NCBI GenBank assembly: GCA_951406725.2
Contig: OX597814.1
Coordinates: 142,848,001-142,912,000, forward strand
Direction: 5' to 3'
Origin: Octopus vulgaris
Taxonomy: Eukaryota
DNA length: 64,000 nt
The translations under genes and the position numbers were made by a program. This document shows, one piece after another, positions 26,491 through 41,965 of the stretch. The notes under the pieces are model-generated. The model was given only the letters and a program-made list of their open reading frames with translations. It was not told the DNA's origin and did not search any database. How positions within the stretch are numbered: position 1 is the stretch's first letter; each line of letters starts with the position of its first letter.

Positions 26491-26699
26491 CCTTCGATCC
26501 TCAACAAATATCGGCCGACTGATCCGACGGCCACCAAACCATCTATCAATGGAAACACATACGCACACACATATTTTAAATTTGCTTACGGGAAACGTTT
26601 TGAATATGTAAATAAAGCTTCTATTCCATCTTGCTGGCCATAGCCTAATGATGCTGACTGGTGAACCAGTTTTTGGAGTTGCATCGAGCTGTACAGTGT

Positions 26700-27150
26700 A
26701 ATCATCCCAGGAATAGAATACGGACTGTGATCTTAAGAGACATGTTTGGGACAGAGAGGCAAAGGCATGTACCATCATACAGGTAAGCTGCTCTGTAGAT
26801 ATAAAAATATCTTCGCAAATCTAAGAAAAATAGGATATCTATGGAAAACTGCTTCGAAACCTCCAGTTTCTATATCCAGGCTATGAATTCATATTCAATA
26901 ATAAATGGAGCATTAGGTTTTGTTAGTAAATGCTTAAAGGTGAACCTGGATAACCTGGGATTTTCAGAAATAGAAATCGACCGGCTAATTCGTACATTAC
27001 AAGTGCAATGTGTGAGTGGAACAGTAAAAATAGGCAAGACTTTTCACAAGTTCCAAAAGTGAATTTGTCTGTGTTAACTACATCCCAAAGATGGAACCTT
27101 GTATCTTTGTTGGAAACCGGCTCCCTTCTCAGAAGAAGATTTTAAATAAT
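26700..27150 (+). mobile_element. RLE-clade LINE 3' fragment
   Basis: WDREAKACTIIQVSCSVD...GALGFVSKCLKVNLDNLGF...SGTVKIGKTFHKF*; homologous to 31162-31460. Confidence 0.7.
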
Positions 27151-27206
27151 CAAAAAATAGAAGAGACATACACACACACATACACACACGCATATATATT
27201 AAATAT

Positions 27207-27248
<42 letters not shown>

Positions 27249-27707
27249 TAGAAGAGACAGGTAAACAGAAGTAAGCGTAAGGTGTGTATTCAAAAGGGAA
27301 GTTGCGTACACAGAAACATGATGTAATAAATTCTTGTCTTTATAGCTGTTACGACAAACAATGACTGGTACCATAGCAGTGTATATTATTGAATGAGAGG
27401 TTCAATTACAGTCTAGGTGTATGAACTAGATTGTCTTTGAGTGAATCGTTGTACAAAATCATGTTATCTTTCTCAGAAGACTGTGGCAAATGACTTACCT
27501 TATATGCATGAATATGGCATCAGTTATTGGTTATCCGAAACCACAGTAAAGATAATAGTTGACTGAATCATTTATTAGTATATACAACGTTCAATCTCAA
27601 TACACTCCTGACACCTTCGTTTGATTATCTGTGTTTCCTGCTTCCATATTCCCTCGACGAAAAACGTTTATAACCGACTTCCATCCCCAGCGCTACATGC
27701 CCTAGAC

Positions 27708-28975
27708 CAGTGATTCCCAACGGTGGCGCCTGGGAAAATTGTGGGACATGGAATTGTGAAAATGCTTTTCTTCACAGCAAATGTACAACACCTTTACTCA
27801 GCCTAGCCAAACCAATCCCTTCCGCCAAGCAAACTGTGTGAAGACTGTTTGCTACAGTTTAGCATTATTCTTATGCCCTTGTGTGGAGATTTCGAAAATA
27901 TATAATTATGAGAAGCCAATAAATTATTAATCTTTTTACGTATTTTATACAAATGGTATGGTGATGTGCTGTAAAAAATTAGCATGTGTTTGGAAAAAGG
28001 GGTTTTATTTTGAGCTCATCGTGACTTTTGATGCTGAAATTATACATCTACAGATATCTAATTCACGGTTTCAAGCGTGAGCAAATATCAAAGAACATTA
28101 TCTCTTGCCTCGTATTTTACAAAAACGAAATTTAAATCTTTCATTTTCTATAAGAAAACAAACGGCAAAACATAATTTAGTTATTTGGCAGATTATCTCC
28201 GAGAAATTAAGCAACTTGAACAATAAACTCCAAGGGGCAATAACTCTTGTTGATGCAAAAACAAAGATTTGGGGATTCCACTACATTTTAGAATTAGGCC
28301 TAACATTTCTACAAGAAATTTCAGTCGATTTTACTTGTTGAATCAATATGAGATAACTAATACTGCTACAGACTTTTGAAAGTGCTGATAAAAGACTTCA
28401 ATGACAGATTTAGAGATTTACAGAAAATGAATTTTTCCTTTTTAGTTAACTCAACCATTGCTTGTAGACATCTCTGAAGTTCCAAAGAATCGCAACATGG
28501 TGAATCAGTGAATAATTTGTTCAAAATGAAAGGTACCAAGATGTGACTATTTGAGGTAGTTGAAAGGAAATACCCTAACACTGCCATTTCAGCAAAGGAA
28601 CTTCTCATTCATTTCTCCATGTTTCATTTGGTTGAGTGTGGCAGTAGTACTGTCGGCGATTTTGCTTCTAGCCAAGAGAAACAGACTTGAAATTACAAAA
28701 CGTGGTGATTTACGGCTAAAGCTAATGAAATTGTCTCCTCGAATCAAGGAAATCTTCAGTAGTTTCCAGACACAAGGTTTCCATTAGTCGTCCACGTTTT
28801 CTATCATAGTCAATAATGTACTTCTTTTTGTACTCAGTACTTAATAAAAGAATCACCGGTAGTTAATTGTGATAAAGTATTAAAAATAAATTTAATTTTT
28901 TCCAACTACTGGTGGGGCATACATTTTTCTGGAAAGTAATTGTGGGTCTACGGTAAAATAAGTTGGAAAATACTT
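27708..28975 (+). mobile_element. Decayed hAT (Buster/Charlie-like) DNA transposon
   Basis: Termini CAGTGATTCCCAAC / GTTGGAAAATACTT; TAGA-containing flanks CCCTAGAC / CTGTAGAG; C-terminus AKRNRLEITKRGDLRLKLMKLSPRIKEIFSSFQTQGFH. Confidence 0.75.
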
Positions 28976-29107
28976 CTGTAGAGGATGAAGTTGGAACTTC
29001 AACTCCTTCGTCCAAAGTAGATAGTGCTGAGGTAGCTTCAGATTTACCTGAACACTGCCTGGCGACTAACTATATCGTGTTTACTACTTTAGCATTCAGC
29101 AACTCAG

Positions 29108-29175
<68 letters not shown>

Positions 29176-29255
29176 TTCAAATTTACAGAAAAACAAAAGA
29201 CGAAGACAGGTGTATAAAAAACAAACAGGTATATTAGTTTAACACTCGAGAAAGT

Positions 29256-29292
29256 CTTTTACGTTTCGAGCCTATGCTCTTCAACAGAAAGG
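29256..29292 (-). ncRNA. Minimal hammerhead variant in PLE pLTR fragment (about 29170-29355)
   Basis: TTGAAGAGCATAGGCTCGAAACGTA (U at core position 3). Confidence 0.55.
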
Positions 29293-29627
29293 AACACGAT
29301 GAAATAAACAGAGAGAGAATAGAAAAAGCTTTTGAACCTACCGGTCAATCATGGCACTCTAACTCTATCTGGTGAGAGATAGATATTATTTTGTAAACTC
29401 AATATATGATTTTATGTGTTGCTATTAGTTTCATATGCTAAGAGCATGCCTGGCAATATTTTTAACACGTCTGGTCTCCTAGCACAATCATCAGGCACAG
29501 CCCACAAGGCATACCGAACAGTGCATGCTCTCAGCACGTGAAACTAGTAGTAGCACATAAAAACATAAACTGTATTTATTAAATAATATCTATCTATCAC
29601 TATATATATATATATGTATGTATTTTG

Positions 29628-29658
<31 letters not shown>

Positions 29659-29844
29659 ACACACACACACACACACACCACATATATATATATATGTATA
29701 TATTTGTATATATGTATATATGCATATATTTTTATATATATGTGTATATATATATGTATATATTTATGTATATATACGTATATATATATACATATATATG
29801 CGTATATATATATATACATATATATATGTATATATATATGTGTG

Positions 29845-29884
<40 letters not shown>

Positions 29885-29917
29885 CATACACACACATATT
29901 ATATATATACACATACA

Positions 29918-31030
29918 CAGGTGCCGAACTTCTTATCCGGTTATCCAGACATCCGGATTCACGACAAATCCGGCTATTTTTGAAAGTGGCTAGCTTTGAA
30001 TTTCCGTGGTGTATGCGTCACACGACGCCAGTTTCTCTGTGACTGCTGCTGTGTGGACGCCCTCCTCTCACATTAGTTTTCATTTTCTGTCCTGAGTAAA
30101 CCGACCCTTCTTTTACTGAAGTTGGTTAATTTTTCATACTGTACGATGTGTTTAAACAATTTTGTTCTTTACTTTAAGTGGATTAATAATGGTCAAACAT
30201 ACTCTGCTTTAAAAGTGTATTATTTTGTACCCGGATCTCTTAAAACTACGTTTTCCCTTTTCTTGGTTTATTTTTCATTCTATATATTATACGTGGTACA
30301 GTATTCTATATTTCAAGAGTTTTAAGAATTTTTAGTAGCTTAATAAAGATGAAACAGATCCTGCTTTAGAAATGTATTAATTTGTATATGTTACTAGCAG
30401 TATCGCCCGGCGTTGCTCGGGTTTGTAAGGGAAATAACTATATAAGCATTTTTAGAGAGTTACTTCCTTTATAGATGCCAATTCGGGCTTTCTTAGCCAT
30501 TTCTGTTTTGGTGTCTTCAAGCTATGAAGTCGTTGTTCTAAAAGAACGCTGGTCTCCTTGACAACGCATTACGACGTTGATTTCCTTAAACTCCCTTCCC
30601 CACAGCTTCACGAGGGAGGGAAGAAGAGGGAGAAGCAAACACAGGTGCAGGTGTTTGAGCGTGGACGCCAACTACGCCGCCATCGACACACGAAAAATTA
30701 TGCATTAAAATGGAATAAAAAATGATGTTAAATTATTTTTAAAATCGTAGACTCATCGTAGACGCGCGCTAATAGCCAGACGGGCTCGATATTAATCACG
30801 ACTATAAGATACCCGAATTTGGTTAAACTGCACCGCAAAATGTGGGAGGAGTTAGGAATCTAAATCGTAGGAGACAGACACTCACACAACTACAGTTTTA
30901 TATATATAGATATAACTTTGTTCTTTAATTTTCGTTGTTTATTTTATATTTTCGGTATATATTTAGCCTGTGTCCAGAAATCCGGACCATCTCTGGTCCC
31001 AAGGTTGCCAGATAAGACGTTCGGTACCTG
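29918..31030. mobile_element. Tc1/pogo-type MITE carrying a nested Helitron
   Basis: TIRs CAGGTGCCGAACTTCTTATCCGG / CCAGATAAGACGTTCGGTACCTG, followed by TA. Confidence 0.75.
30394..30910 (-). mobile_element. Non-autonomous Helitron, family H2
   Basis: Minus strand A|TCTATATA start, 3' hairpin CCCGAGCAACGCCGGG then CTAG|T; inserted at AT with no TSD. Confidence 0.8.
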
Positions 31031-31032
31031 TA

Positions 31033-31122
<90 letters not shown>

Positions 31123-31126
31123 CCTA

Positions 31127-31161
<35 letters not shown>

Positions 31162-31460
31162 TTAAATGATAAACTTCTGGAAAGTTTTACAGATTTTAAC
31201 AGTTCCAGTGATGGATTGCATCTGTAGTCGTCGAATTACCTTTCTCCTTTCTGGTTTTGAGAAGCCTAATTTCTCAAAATTGGTATTTAAGCAGTGCATT
31301 GCATACCCCAGAGCCCCAATAATTACAGGTATAAACCTGAACTTGTAATCTGGATAGAGTAACTGCAGATTTCCCAATAGTTCAGCGTAGGTGTTCTCTT
31401 TTTCATCTATCTTCAGCTTAATGTTAACATCCGCTGGGCAGCTATTTCCCAGAACTGTGC
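31162..31460 (-). mobile_element. RLE-clade LINE 3' fragment between microsatellites
   Basis: SCPADVNI...EKENTY...FIPVIIGALG...GTVKICKTFQKF. Confidence 0.75.
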
Positions 31461-32229
31461 ATCTTTATGCATGTATGTATGTATGTATGTATGTATGTAT
31501 GTATGTATGTATGTATGTATGCATGCATGCATGTATGTATAGGATTACGACCGTTTCGCAAAATCCATGCAGTATTAATTTCAGTACACATGAAATTCAG
31601 CATACGTGTTTGCTTTAATATGTCTGCTCAGCAGTGCTTATTCAAAAATCCCCATAAAAAAAACATTTGCAGAAAAGCAATCGATAAAAAATATGCTTCA
31701 GTTAGGAAAATGTGTTTTTCAGTGTTAGTTCTTTTGTTGATGTTTTGTAATTTACTACGAGAAAATTTGTTATATCTGCTGGAGATTAACAGCACCATTC
31801 GGACGTTCTCTCACCCAACCATCCTTCACTCAGTTTGTTACAAAAACTTACAAAAAAAAAAATGGCGCTGATATCATTGCCAGTAATGTAGATATGGTAT
31901 CTTTCTTACCCCCTCTCTCTCTCCCTCCCTGTCCCTCCTTATAATTAAAGGATTTGAAACAGATGAGTTTGAATTGTAATAATTACTTAATTCCTAAATT
32001 TAGTTTATTTTTCCCTCGTGCAAATTAAGATATACGTATGTATGTATGTATGTATGTATGTATGTATGTATGTATGTATGTATGTATGTATATGTGTGTG
32101 TATGTACGTATGTATTTATGTATGTAAATTTTTATATTAATATATATATGTGTATAGTATGTATGTTTATGTAGGAAAAACAGTTTACTCCCACATATGT
32201 AGGATAAGGAAATTGTTTTGGGGATAACT

Positions 32230-32785
32230 CATTTTACTCTTATTTGTTTCAGTCATTTGAATGCAGCCATGCTGGAGCACCGCCTTTAGTCGAACAAATC
32301 GACCCCAGGAATTATTCTTTGTAAGCCTAGTACTTATTCTATTGGTCTCTTTTTTGCCGAACCGCTAAGTTACGGGGACGTAAACACGCCAGCATCGGTT
32401 GTCAAGCGATGGTAGGGAGGGAACAAACACAAACACACAAACATATACATATATACATATATGTACGACGGTCTGCTTTCAGTTCCCGTCTCCCAAATCC
32501 ACTCACAAGGCATTGGTCGGCCCGAGGCTATAGTAGGAGACACTTGCCAAAGATGTCACGTAGTGGGACTGAACCCGGAACCATGTGGTTGGTAAACAAG
32601 CTACTTACCACACAGCCACTCCTGGACGGTCTACTTTCAGTTTCCGTCTATCAAATCCACTCACAAGGCTTTGGTCGGCCCGAGGCTATAGTAGAAGACA
32701 CTTGCCAAAGATGCCACGTAGTGGGACTGAACCCGGAACCATGTAGTTGGTAAGAAAGCTATTTACCACACAGCCACTCATGCAT
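32230..32785 (-). mobile_element. SINE family C with tandemly duplicated head
   Basis: 32467-32622 is repeated at 32625-32781. Confidence 0.85.
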
Positions 32786-33689
32786 GTGTATGTGTGCATG
32801 TGTGTGTGTGTTTGTGTGCGTGTGTGTATGTGTGCGGTGTGGTGTGTATGTGTGTGAGTGTACACACACACACACACCCACGCACACATATTTCTAAGGA
32901 GTCGAAATATAATTTGCTCAGGGTGCCAGCAAACTTGAAATCAGCACTGAGCCTATTAAACGTTGATACTGTAATACTAGTTTAAATGGATCGATCCAAT
33001 CGATTTTTCTCTCGTTCCCAAATTTATGGACTTGTGCCTCTCTTAGAAATTTCTATTACGAACAGCTTAAAACTCTCATAACATAAAATAACTTTAAAAA
33101 AAAAACTATAAAAAAAAGACGAAATAAAAAAATCTTGTTATGATTAAAATTACAGCGTCTATTTCTATAAAATTAGCTTAGATTCTGTGTATTAGTCAGG
33201 GGCGTTTAGTGCATCTAAGAACTATCAAATATATATCCTATACTAGGTTAGTGAACAGGCGTTACATCTCAGGTCAATGAGTGCGCTTGGCTGACTACTG
33301 TCTCTGGAGTGTAATGATAGCATCTGTAACAGGAAGAGAATCGATTAATATTGCTGTACAGTTTCGGTAAACAAAAATCGGTATATTTAGCTTAAATTAT
33401 TATCAACTTAGAGAAGGTACATGCAGAATATTCTACTAGGCATGGAAAGTACAGAGTAATTAGAACCGTCTAGGAATACACACACACACACTCACACACA
33501 CACATTCACACACACACACACACATACACACACATATACCCGTGGGTGTGTAAATATGTAAGTATATATTAAATAAAATAAAAAAAAATTTGGGTTTTTT
33601 TTATACTAGATTTGCGCGTGATGCACTTTACAGAATTTTAAAAAATAATAATATTACTTAATAATACTAAAAACATATTAAGAACATGG

Positions 33690-34105
<416 letters not shown>

Positions 34106-34110
34106 GTCAG

Positions 34111-34430
34111 AAGGCACGTGCCTTAGTGGTTAGGGGTATTCGGTTCACGGTCGAAAGGGTGTGAGCTTGGTTTCTGGTAGCGCGTTGCATCCTTGAGCAA
34201 GACATGTTTTTTTCACATTGCTTCAATCCACTCAACTGGCAAAAATGAGTTGTACATGTAACTCAAAGGGCCATATTGTCACATTACATGTCACGCTGAA
34301 TCTCCCTGAGAACTACGTCAAGGGTACGCGCGTTTCTGGGGTACCCAGCCACTTGTACGTTAATTTTACGAGCAGGCTGTCTCGTTGATGAGATCGACAG
34401 GAACACTCGTCGTCGTAACCGGCGGAGTGC
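34111..34430 (+). mobile_element. Chimeric SINE: family D-like core with family A tail 1
   Basis: CCTTGAGCAAGACA core, then TGTCACGCTGAATCTCCCTGAGAACTACG...CTCGTCGTCGTAACC tail. Confidence 0.75.
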
Positions 34431-34444
34431 CTAGCTGCGACGCA

Positions 34445-34595
34445 TTGGTAAGAAGCTTGCTTCCCAACCATGTGGTCTTTGGTTCAGTCCTACTGCGTGG
34501 TATTTTGGGCAAATGTCTTCTACTATAATTCCGGGCCGACCAAAGCCTTATGAGTGAAATTGGTAGACAGTAGACGGGAACTGAAAAAAGGCCCA

Positions 34596-34644
<49 letters not shown>

Positions 34645-34905
34645 CTCTCTCTCTCACTCTCTCTCTCTCTCTCACACACACATGTATATGGAGGTGGGTG
34701 CCTTTGTGCTTGTCTGCCACCACCGCCGCTTCACAACGGATGTTGTTTAGTTTACAGCCCCGTAACATTAGCCGCTCGGCCAAAAGCTTCTGGTAGAATA
34801 AACACAGGCTTTAAAATTAGTACTGATGTCGATTTGTTCAACTAAAACCCTTCAAAGCGGTGCCCCAACATGGCCGCAATCCAATGACTGAAACAAGTAT
34901 AAAAA
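34445..34905 (+). mobile_element. SINE family C
   Basis: Family C blocks. Confidence 0.8.
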
Positions 34906-35219
34906 ATATGAAGATAAAAAAAACAACTTTTTATATTCTAGTCTATGAATATGAATATTTTAAACTGCAGACAGTTATTAATTACTTGTTTATCGAATAA
35001 ATGAAAATATAATCATTAAGGTTTTATACTTAGAATGTTTGTAGTTCTCGCATTTTTTAAATATTTTATCACTTTCACAGCACAACAAAAGATGAGGCGG
35101 CGCCGGCCTGGCAGAATAATGAGGACGTTGGCAAAAATGGTATGCAGTATTTATTCCTGTCTTTTTATGTCCTGGGTTCACCGAAGTCAAATTTACTTCC
35201 TAGATCATATCGTTTCATT

Positions 35220-35790
35220 TAAAGGCGGCGTACTGGCAGAATTGTTAACTCGTCAGACAAAATGCTTAGCGGTATTTTCGGCAAATTTACGTTCTGAGGT
35301 TCAAATTCCGCCGAGTTTGACTTCTTTTTTCATCCTTTGGTGTCTATAAGATCAATACCAGTTGATTTAATCGATTATGCATTGCCAAACAATTTCAGAC
35401 CATGTGCTTCCACTACTTTCAAATTCTGGCGCAAGGGCAGCAATTTTGGGGAGGGTATAAGTCGATTACACTTACCCCCATCCCCAGTACTCGACTGGTA
35501 CCTATTCTATCAACTTCATGGACATTCACCCGAAATCTTTGAACAGGGCCTCGAAGTCGACCCTCGACGGCATTTGAACTCAGAACGTAAAGACGGACGA
35601 AATACCTATTTCTTTACTACCCACAGGGGAATAAACACGGAGAGGATAAACAAGGCAGACAAACGGATTAAGTCGATTATATTGACCCCAGTACTTATTT
35701 AATCGACCCCGAAAGGATGAAAGGCAAAGTCGACCTCGGCGGAATTTGAACTCAGAACGTAGCGGCAGACGAAATACCGCTAAGCATTTT
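35220..35790. mobile_element. Cluster of family B SINEs, young copy joined to an older copy at GACGAAATACC
   Basis: Junction GACGAAATACC|TATTTCTTTAC at 35605. Confidence 0.8.
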
Positions 35791-36292
35791 TGTAGCGTAC
35801 AAAAACCTTGTACTTATACCAAGATTATTCCTGAATCAATAAATAAAATAGCAATCAAGTACAGTAGATCAATATAATCGACTATGCAACCTCTCCCACC
35901 ACTAAATTCGAGGCTTTGTATCTATATAAGACATTATTAAATGCAGTGAATCAGCAGGGTCGTTTAAGAGTCAGTATTTCTTCCGGTTTCTGAGTTCGAA
36001 ACCTGCTGAGTTCAACATTACTTTTCCTTATTCCATGTTTTTTTGATGGGATAAAGAACTAGTCATGTACTGCAGTCAACATAATCGACCAACACCCTTC
36101 CCTCAAATTTCAGGCTTTGTGTCTTCATTTGTTTTTTTTATCTTTTGTTTCAGTCGTTGCGACCATGCTGGGGCACCGTCTTGGAGATAATAATTTACTT
36201 AAAATAGCTGCCCTTAGCTTCCACCACAGCCTCAAGGCGGCTCCAGAATATCTGGTGCATGCGTTCCTCACTGTGTCCCCACGTATATATAC

Positions 36293-36375
<83 letters not shown>

Positions 36376-36710
36376 ATGTGTTTGTCCTCCCACCATCGCT
36401 TGACAACCGATGTTGGTGTGTTTGCGTCCCTGTAACTGAGCGGTTCGGCAAAAGAGACCTATAGAATAAGTACTAGGCTTACAAAGTAAAATGTCCTGAG
36501 GTCGATTTGTTCGACTAAAGGCTGTGCTCCAGCATGGCTGCAGTGAAATGACTGAATCAAATACAAGAATAAAAGAATGGGAGATTTTCTTATGGTAGAG
36601 AAATAGCTAGTTTTAACTGCTATTTCTAAATTTCGGTATGTGGTGAAGCAATTTTTTTTGCTGAACCCTAATTATAATTATACTCATAATTATAAAAATT
36701 ATATACATAT

Positions 36711-36965
<255 letters not shown>

Positions 36966-39900
36966 GTATATGTATGTCTGTGTGTGTGATAACCTATTTT
37001 CCTCTAATCTGACCTGAGGTGGAAAAAGCTGCGTACACTTCAAAGGGTTGCAGTTTTTGCAAGAAACGATTGAGCACAGGCAAACGCCCAAGGAATACGA
37101 CACAGTTTGGTTGCACTAAGACAACGCGAACGGTGATACAAATAGGAAATACATGCACGTGCACACGCACACACCCAACTCGAAGATGTACAAATGATCG
37201 AAAAGAATCTATGAAGAAGGCTTTGTCTATGAAGTGGATGGCTTTTGGACAGTTTTAAATGAGAATTTGATTAAAAAAAAAAACTCTTGAGAAACGTGTA
37301 TGGTATTCTATAATATGTGTGTATGTATGTATTTATGTATGTGAGTATGTATGTATGTATGTATGTATATATGTATGTATATATGTATGTATGTGAGTAT
37401 GTATGTATGTATGTATGTATGTGAGTATGTATGTATGTATGTGTGCGTGTGAGTATATGTATGTATGTATATATATGTATGTATGTGAGTATGTATGTAT
37501 ATGTGTATGCGTGTGAGTATATGTATGTATGCATGTATGTATGTATGCATGTAAATGTGTATCTATGTATGTATGCATGTATGTATGTGTGTGAGTATAT
37601 GCATGTATGAATGTATTTATGAATGTATGTATGTATTTATGAATGTATGTATGTAGGTACGTATGTATGTAGTAAGAAGCTTGCTTCCCAACCACATGGT
37701 TCCGGGTTCAGTCGTCGTTGTAGTCGTTTTTGTTGTTTACGCCCCCCCCCCACAACTACCACCACCATTCATTTCTGAATCGGAGATCCATAATCAAATG
37801 TATTCCAGCTATGACTTCTCCACCTCTTGTATATCTTGCACGACGTTATCAAATGCAATTGGCTTTCATTTTCTCTAGAAGGAAGTGTGTGATTCGAGAA
37901 GAGATTTAGTCGTTATTACTAGCAGATCGAATAACCACATAAAGGCATTTGCTATATTGTTGGTATGACTTTCTCTAATGTGTACTTTCACTGTTTTAGT
38001 TTTGTTGAATGAGACTAGGAAGCCATTTTATCATTACGAGATGTTTTTGAATGATTCTATTCACGCCGCGAAACATTACGGTTTTCACACTTCCATGATA
38101 TATTACAAAATTATAAATAAAATAAAATAAAGGCAAAGCAAACCGATCTGCGTTCATAAAATGGAGTTTTGATAAGAACTTTAAAAAGTCTATTTCGGGT
38201 GTTTATCTGTAATGATAAACCATAGCACTTGCAGAGAGATAGAAAAGAGAGATATGTTTCTCAAAACACTACGTAGATTGATATATATCGTTGCTGATTT
38301 TTGATTCTATAGACCCAAAGTAGAGAAGGAAAGTGCAGTTTTGATTCGAATTTCATCATCGTGAAATATTAGAGCTATGAATGAGTAACTGATGTGATGC
38401 ATTAGTTAAGTTCTCTCCATGCTGATTGTTATCCGGAATGTTTCTGATGATTCTTTGAACATGTCGACTGTTTTCATTTTTCTTGTAGTCCTCCTTTTAT
38501 TGTTAGAGAGGGCTTTAAAGACGTGATTTTTGGTGGGGAGGTTATAGAAGTTTTCGATTTAAATACTTAAATATTATCAAGTTGATCTATTGATGTGCAA
38601 AATTCGGCTGGAATACTGACATGAGTGAAATATATGTTCCAACATAAGGGAATAAAATCTGCTTAAATAATAAAGGATTTTAAATAAGTCAATGCTCGAA
38701 GTTTCTATAAACCCTAAATATAAATAAGAAGTATGTAAAAAAATTTTGAAATATGGACAATACTAACCGTTGTGACACTCGGAGATATTTACAGCGTTGC
38801 GAATATATAGCAAGTGAAATTCAAACCAGCAAATAAATCTTTCTAAGTCCTGAAGTTCTCCATGGCCTTTGTAGTGGCTTTCACCATACTTATATATTTA
38901 TAGCATTTCTTAAACTAAAACAAGTTGAACATTATATTACTAAAGCGAATTCATTTATACGCAACACTATTTTAAGGTATTGTGAAAATGCTTATTTGAT
39001 TTATTTGAATACGTTGGCTTGTGTTATCTGTGAGATAGAAAAAAGCTTTCAGCTTAAATAAAATAATTCTTTTAAGTAGGGTATCTAATAATTTATAAAC
39101 ATCATATTTCAATGAATTCTTTGTTGGAGAAACGTAGATAGTTTTCTGTTTGAAGTAAAAGTTCAGTCTGAATCTCCCTACTTTCGTTTTTATTTTAAGG
39201 TACACAAGATACTCACGTAATTCGAATTTTACCAGATTATTATAACTTTGATAAAAACCTTCTTGAAACTATCAATCACATTGAAACTATCAATCTCGTC
39301 ATTTATTGTGACAACAGATTTCCTTTGATCAGTTTTAGTCATTCGACTCAACCCGTTGAAACTATCGACCGTTGTGGTAGTTATACGTCATCGATCTTAA
39401 TATATGTCAGTTACCCTCAATAAGCACTGTGAAAATATAGCCAACGTGAGAGTCTCAACGTAGTTGCTCGATTTATTAAAACCAACACTTATATATTTCT
39501 CAACTCACGCGCTGACATAGAAACGGAACATAACTTAAAGATATTATGCCTGAAAATAAAATTAGATTGTCACAATTTAAATGATTATTTAATTATAGAT
39601 CTATTCGATCGGATCTAACCAGGGTCTCAAAGACGCATAAAAATTAATCCCGTGCATACAGAGGAAACCAAATTTAACTGTTTTGCTTTAGAAGTCAGTA
39701 ATCTAGATATTTAAAGCGTATTTCTTAACATACAGCCAAAACGTCGCATCGAGTCATGAGGTACAAGCATAAAATGAAATTGATCTTAATTACAATTTTC
39801 AGACGGCTTAATCAGAAGAGTAAAGATAGTACCCATGATATTTCTTCGGAGACTCTGAGACTTATGAGGGAAGGGATAGGGAACCACGATTCATAGAATA

Positions 39901-40269
39901 CTGCACTAAGAAGCAGCGTATCAAGTTAACCTTAGATTAGAGACTTGATGTAAATACTTTCAAGAGAGCGGATACCATTAAACGCACCCGAGGTCCACAT
40001 GGTGGTGTTAAACTGGGCGTCTTCGAACGATTCTATTAGCATATTACTTTTTTTGTCTACTTGAAGCTAGCCATAAAAATGTTGTAGGAATTTATCCAAA
40101 GGCCATTTAAGAAGAGAGGAAATAACCCCAATATTTATCTGTCAATCTTTGGAAAATTGAAAAGTAAAATTGAGTGCAGCAGGATTTGAAGTTAGAGTCC
40201 AGAAAGCCGGAACAAGTGCTGCTAGGTAATAACGCAGCCCATTTACCAACTATATGGTATATTACTGAT

Positions 40270-40828
40270 AAGGCGGCGAGCTGGAAGAAACGTTAGCACG
40301 CCGGGCGAAATGCTTAGCCGTATTTCGTCTGCCGTTACGTTCTGAGGTGAAATTCCGCCGAAGTCAACTTTGCTTTTCATCTTTCGGGGTCGATTAAATA
40401 ATCGACTTAATCCCTTTGTCTGTCCTTCTTTGTCCTCTCTGTGTTTAGCCCCTTGTGGATAGTAAAGGTATTTCGTCTGCCATTACGTTCTGAGTTCAAA
40501 TTCCGCCGAGGTCGACTTTGCTTTTCATCCTTTCGGAGTCGATAAATTAAGTACCAGTTACGCACTGGGGTCGATATAATCGACTTAATCCGTTTGTCTG
40601 TCCTTGTTTGACCTCTCTGTGTTTAGCCCCTTGTGGGTAGTAAAGAAATAGGTATTTCGTCTGCCGTTACGTTCTGAGTTCAAATTCCGCCGAGGTTGAC
40701 TTTGCCTTTCATCCTTTCGGGGTCGATAAATTAAGTACCAGTTACGCAATTGAATAATCGACTTAATCCGTTTGTCTGTCCTTGTTTGTCTTCTCTGTGT
40801 TTAACCCCTTGTGGGTAGTAAAGAAATA
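40270..40828 (+). mobile_element. Family B SINE trimer (one head, three bodies)
   Basis: Bodies restart at GGTATTTCGTCTGCC (40468, 40651); a single TSD GGTATATTACTG (40256-40267, 40829-40840) flanks the whole array. Confidence 0.9.
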
Positions 40829-41588
40829 GGTATATTACTGCTGTCTATTTAATCCACTCCAGTTGGGAGAGTGTCTAAGTTAACTAATGTGGGACTGAAC
40901 TCCATTGATATCACTTTAAACACCAAAACATCTTAATGGACGCTCTCAGACATTCGACATAAGTCTCTTCGTGTTTTATCATATAAATCACATAATTAAC
41001 AACCTCAGAAAATAATCTTCAGACATATTTTACTTTTAATCTTTTATACCTTCTTATTTTGTTTTACTGTCTTAATGTTTATGTTTCAAGTTAAATGGGG
41101 ATAGAGAGAGGGCGGTATAGAGAGGGCGATAGAACGAGACAGTGGGAGAGAGAAAGAAAAGATGATTGAAAGGTTTCAAACTAATTTATTTATTTGTAAT
41201 ATTGCCTGTCTAATGCTTCCCTCATATTTACATTCTCACGCAGAATGTTAAAAGAATATGACTGTAACTTGAGACAGTAAAGAGACTGATAAGGAGATAG
41301 TCTATATCTGTCATGTCTACGTGATATCTCTATGGCTTGTTCAAAATGTCAAGTCGTCTGCTTCTTGCATGTCAATTTTCAAAAGTCAATTGTTGATTCA
41401 TTGATTTTGTAAATAGTAGCACGGAGAAAGTAAATTATTTCACTGAAATAATAATATAGCAACAACAGCAACAACAACAACTAGTCACAATTGAGAATAA
41501 ACTCTGTGTGGGTGTGTGTATGTACACACAACACACGTGTGTGTTCGTACACAAGCATGTAATAGATACATACATATACATCCAGAGT

Positions 41589-41661
<73 letters not shown>

Positions 41662-41965
41662 CTGCACTGAAAAGTAAACAATTTGCAATTTCATTTTAAA
41701 ATGTTTGAGCTTTAAAGTTAGTTATCGATTCTTCGTCGGTATCAACGATGAGCTGTCAATTTATCGATCAACTGAATTTATATTCGTAAAATTAACATAT
41801 TAGTGGCTGAGTATTTCAAGGACAGATGAACCCGTTAACCCAATTCTTAAGCCAAATTGCCCATTACACTACATGACAAAGATAGACCTAAAGAGAGGGA
41901 TCGATCCGAGTACTGGCCTTGTATTTTATTTATCAACCTCGAAGAATAAAACAAAGCAGAGTTTA

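Noticed and set aside
39147-39216. Minus-strand 70-nt intron-like segment (GTGAGT...CTGAAC...TTCAAACAG)
   Set aside because: Good splice signals, but the joined frames are short and stop-bounded; unsupported without RNA data.
40270-40828. CRISPR-like or satellite array
   Set aside because: The units are SINE bodies without unique spacers; eukaryotic context and no cas genes.
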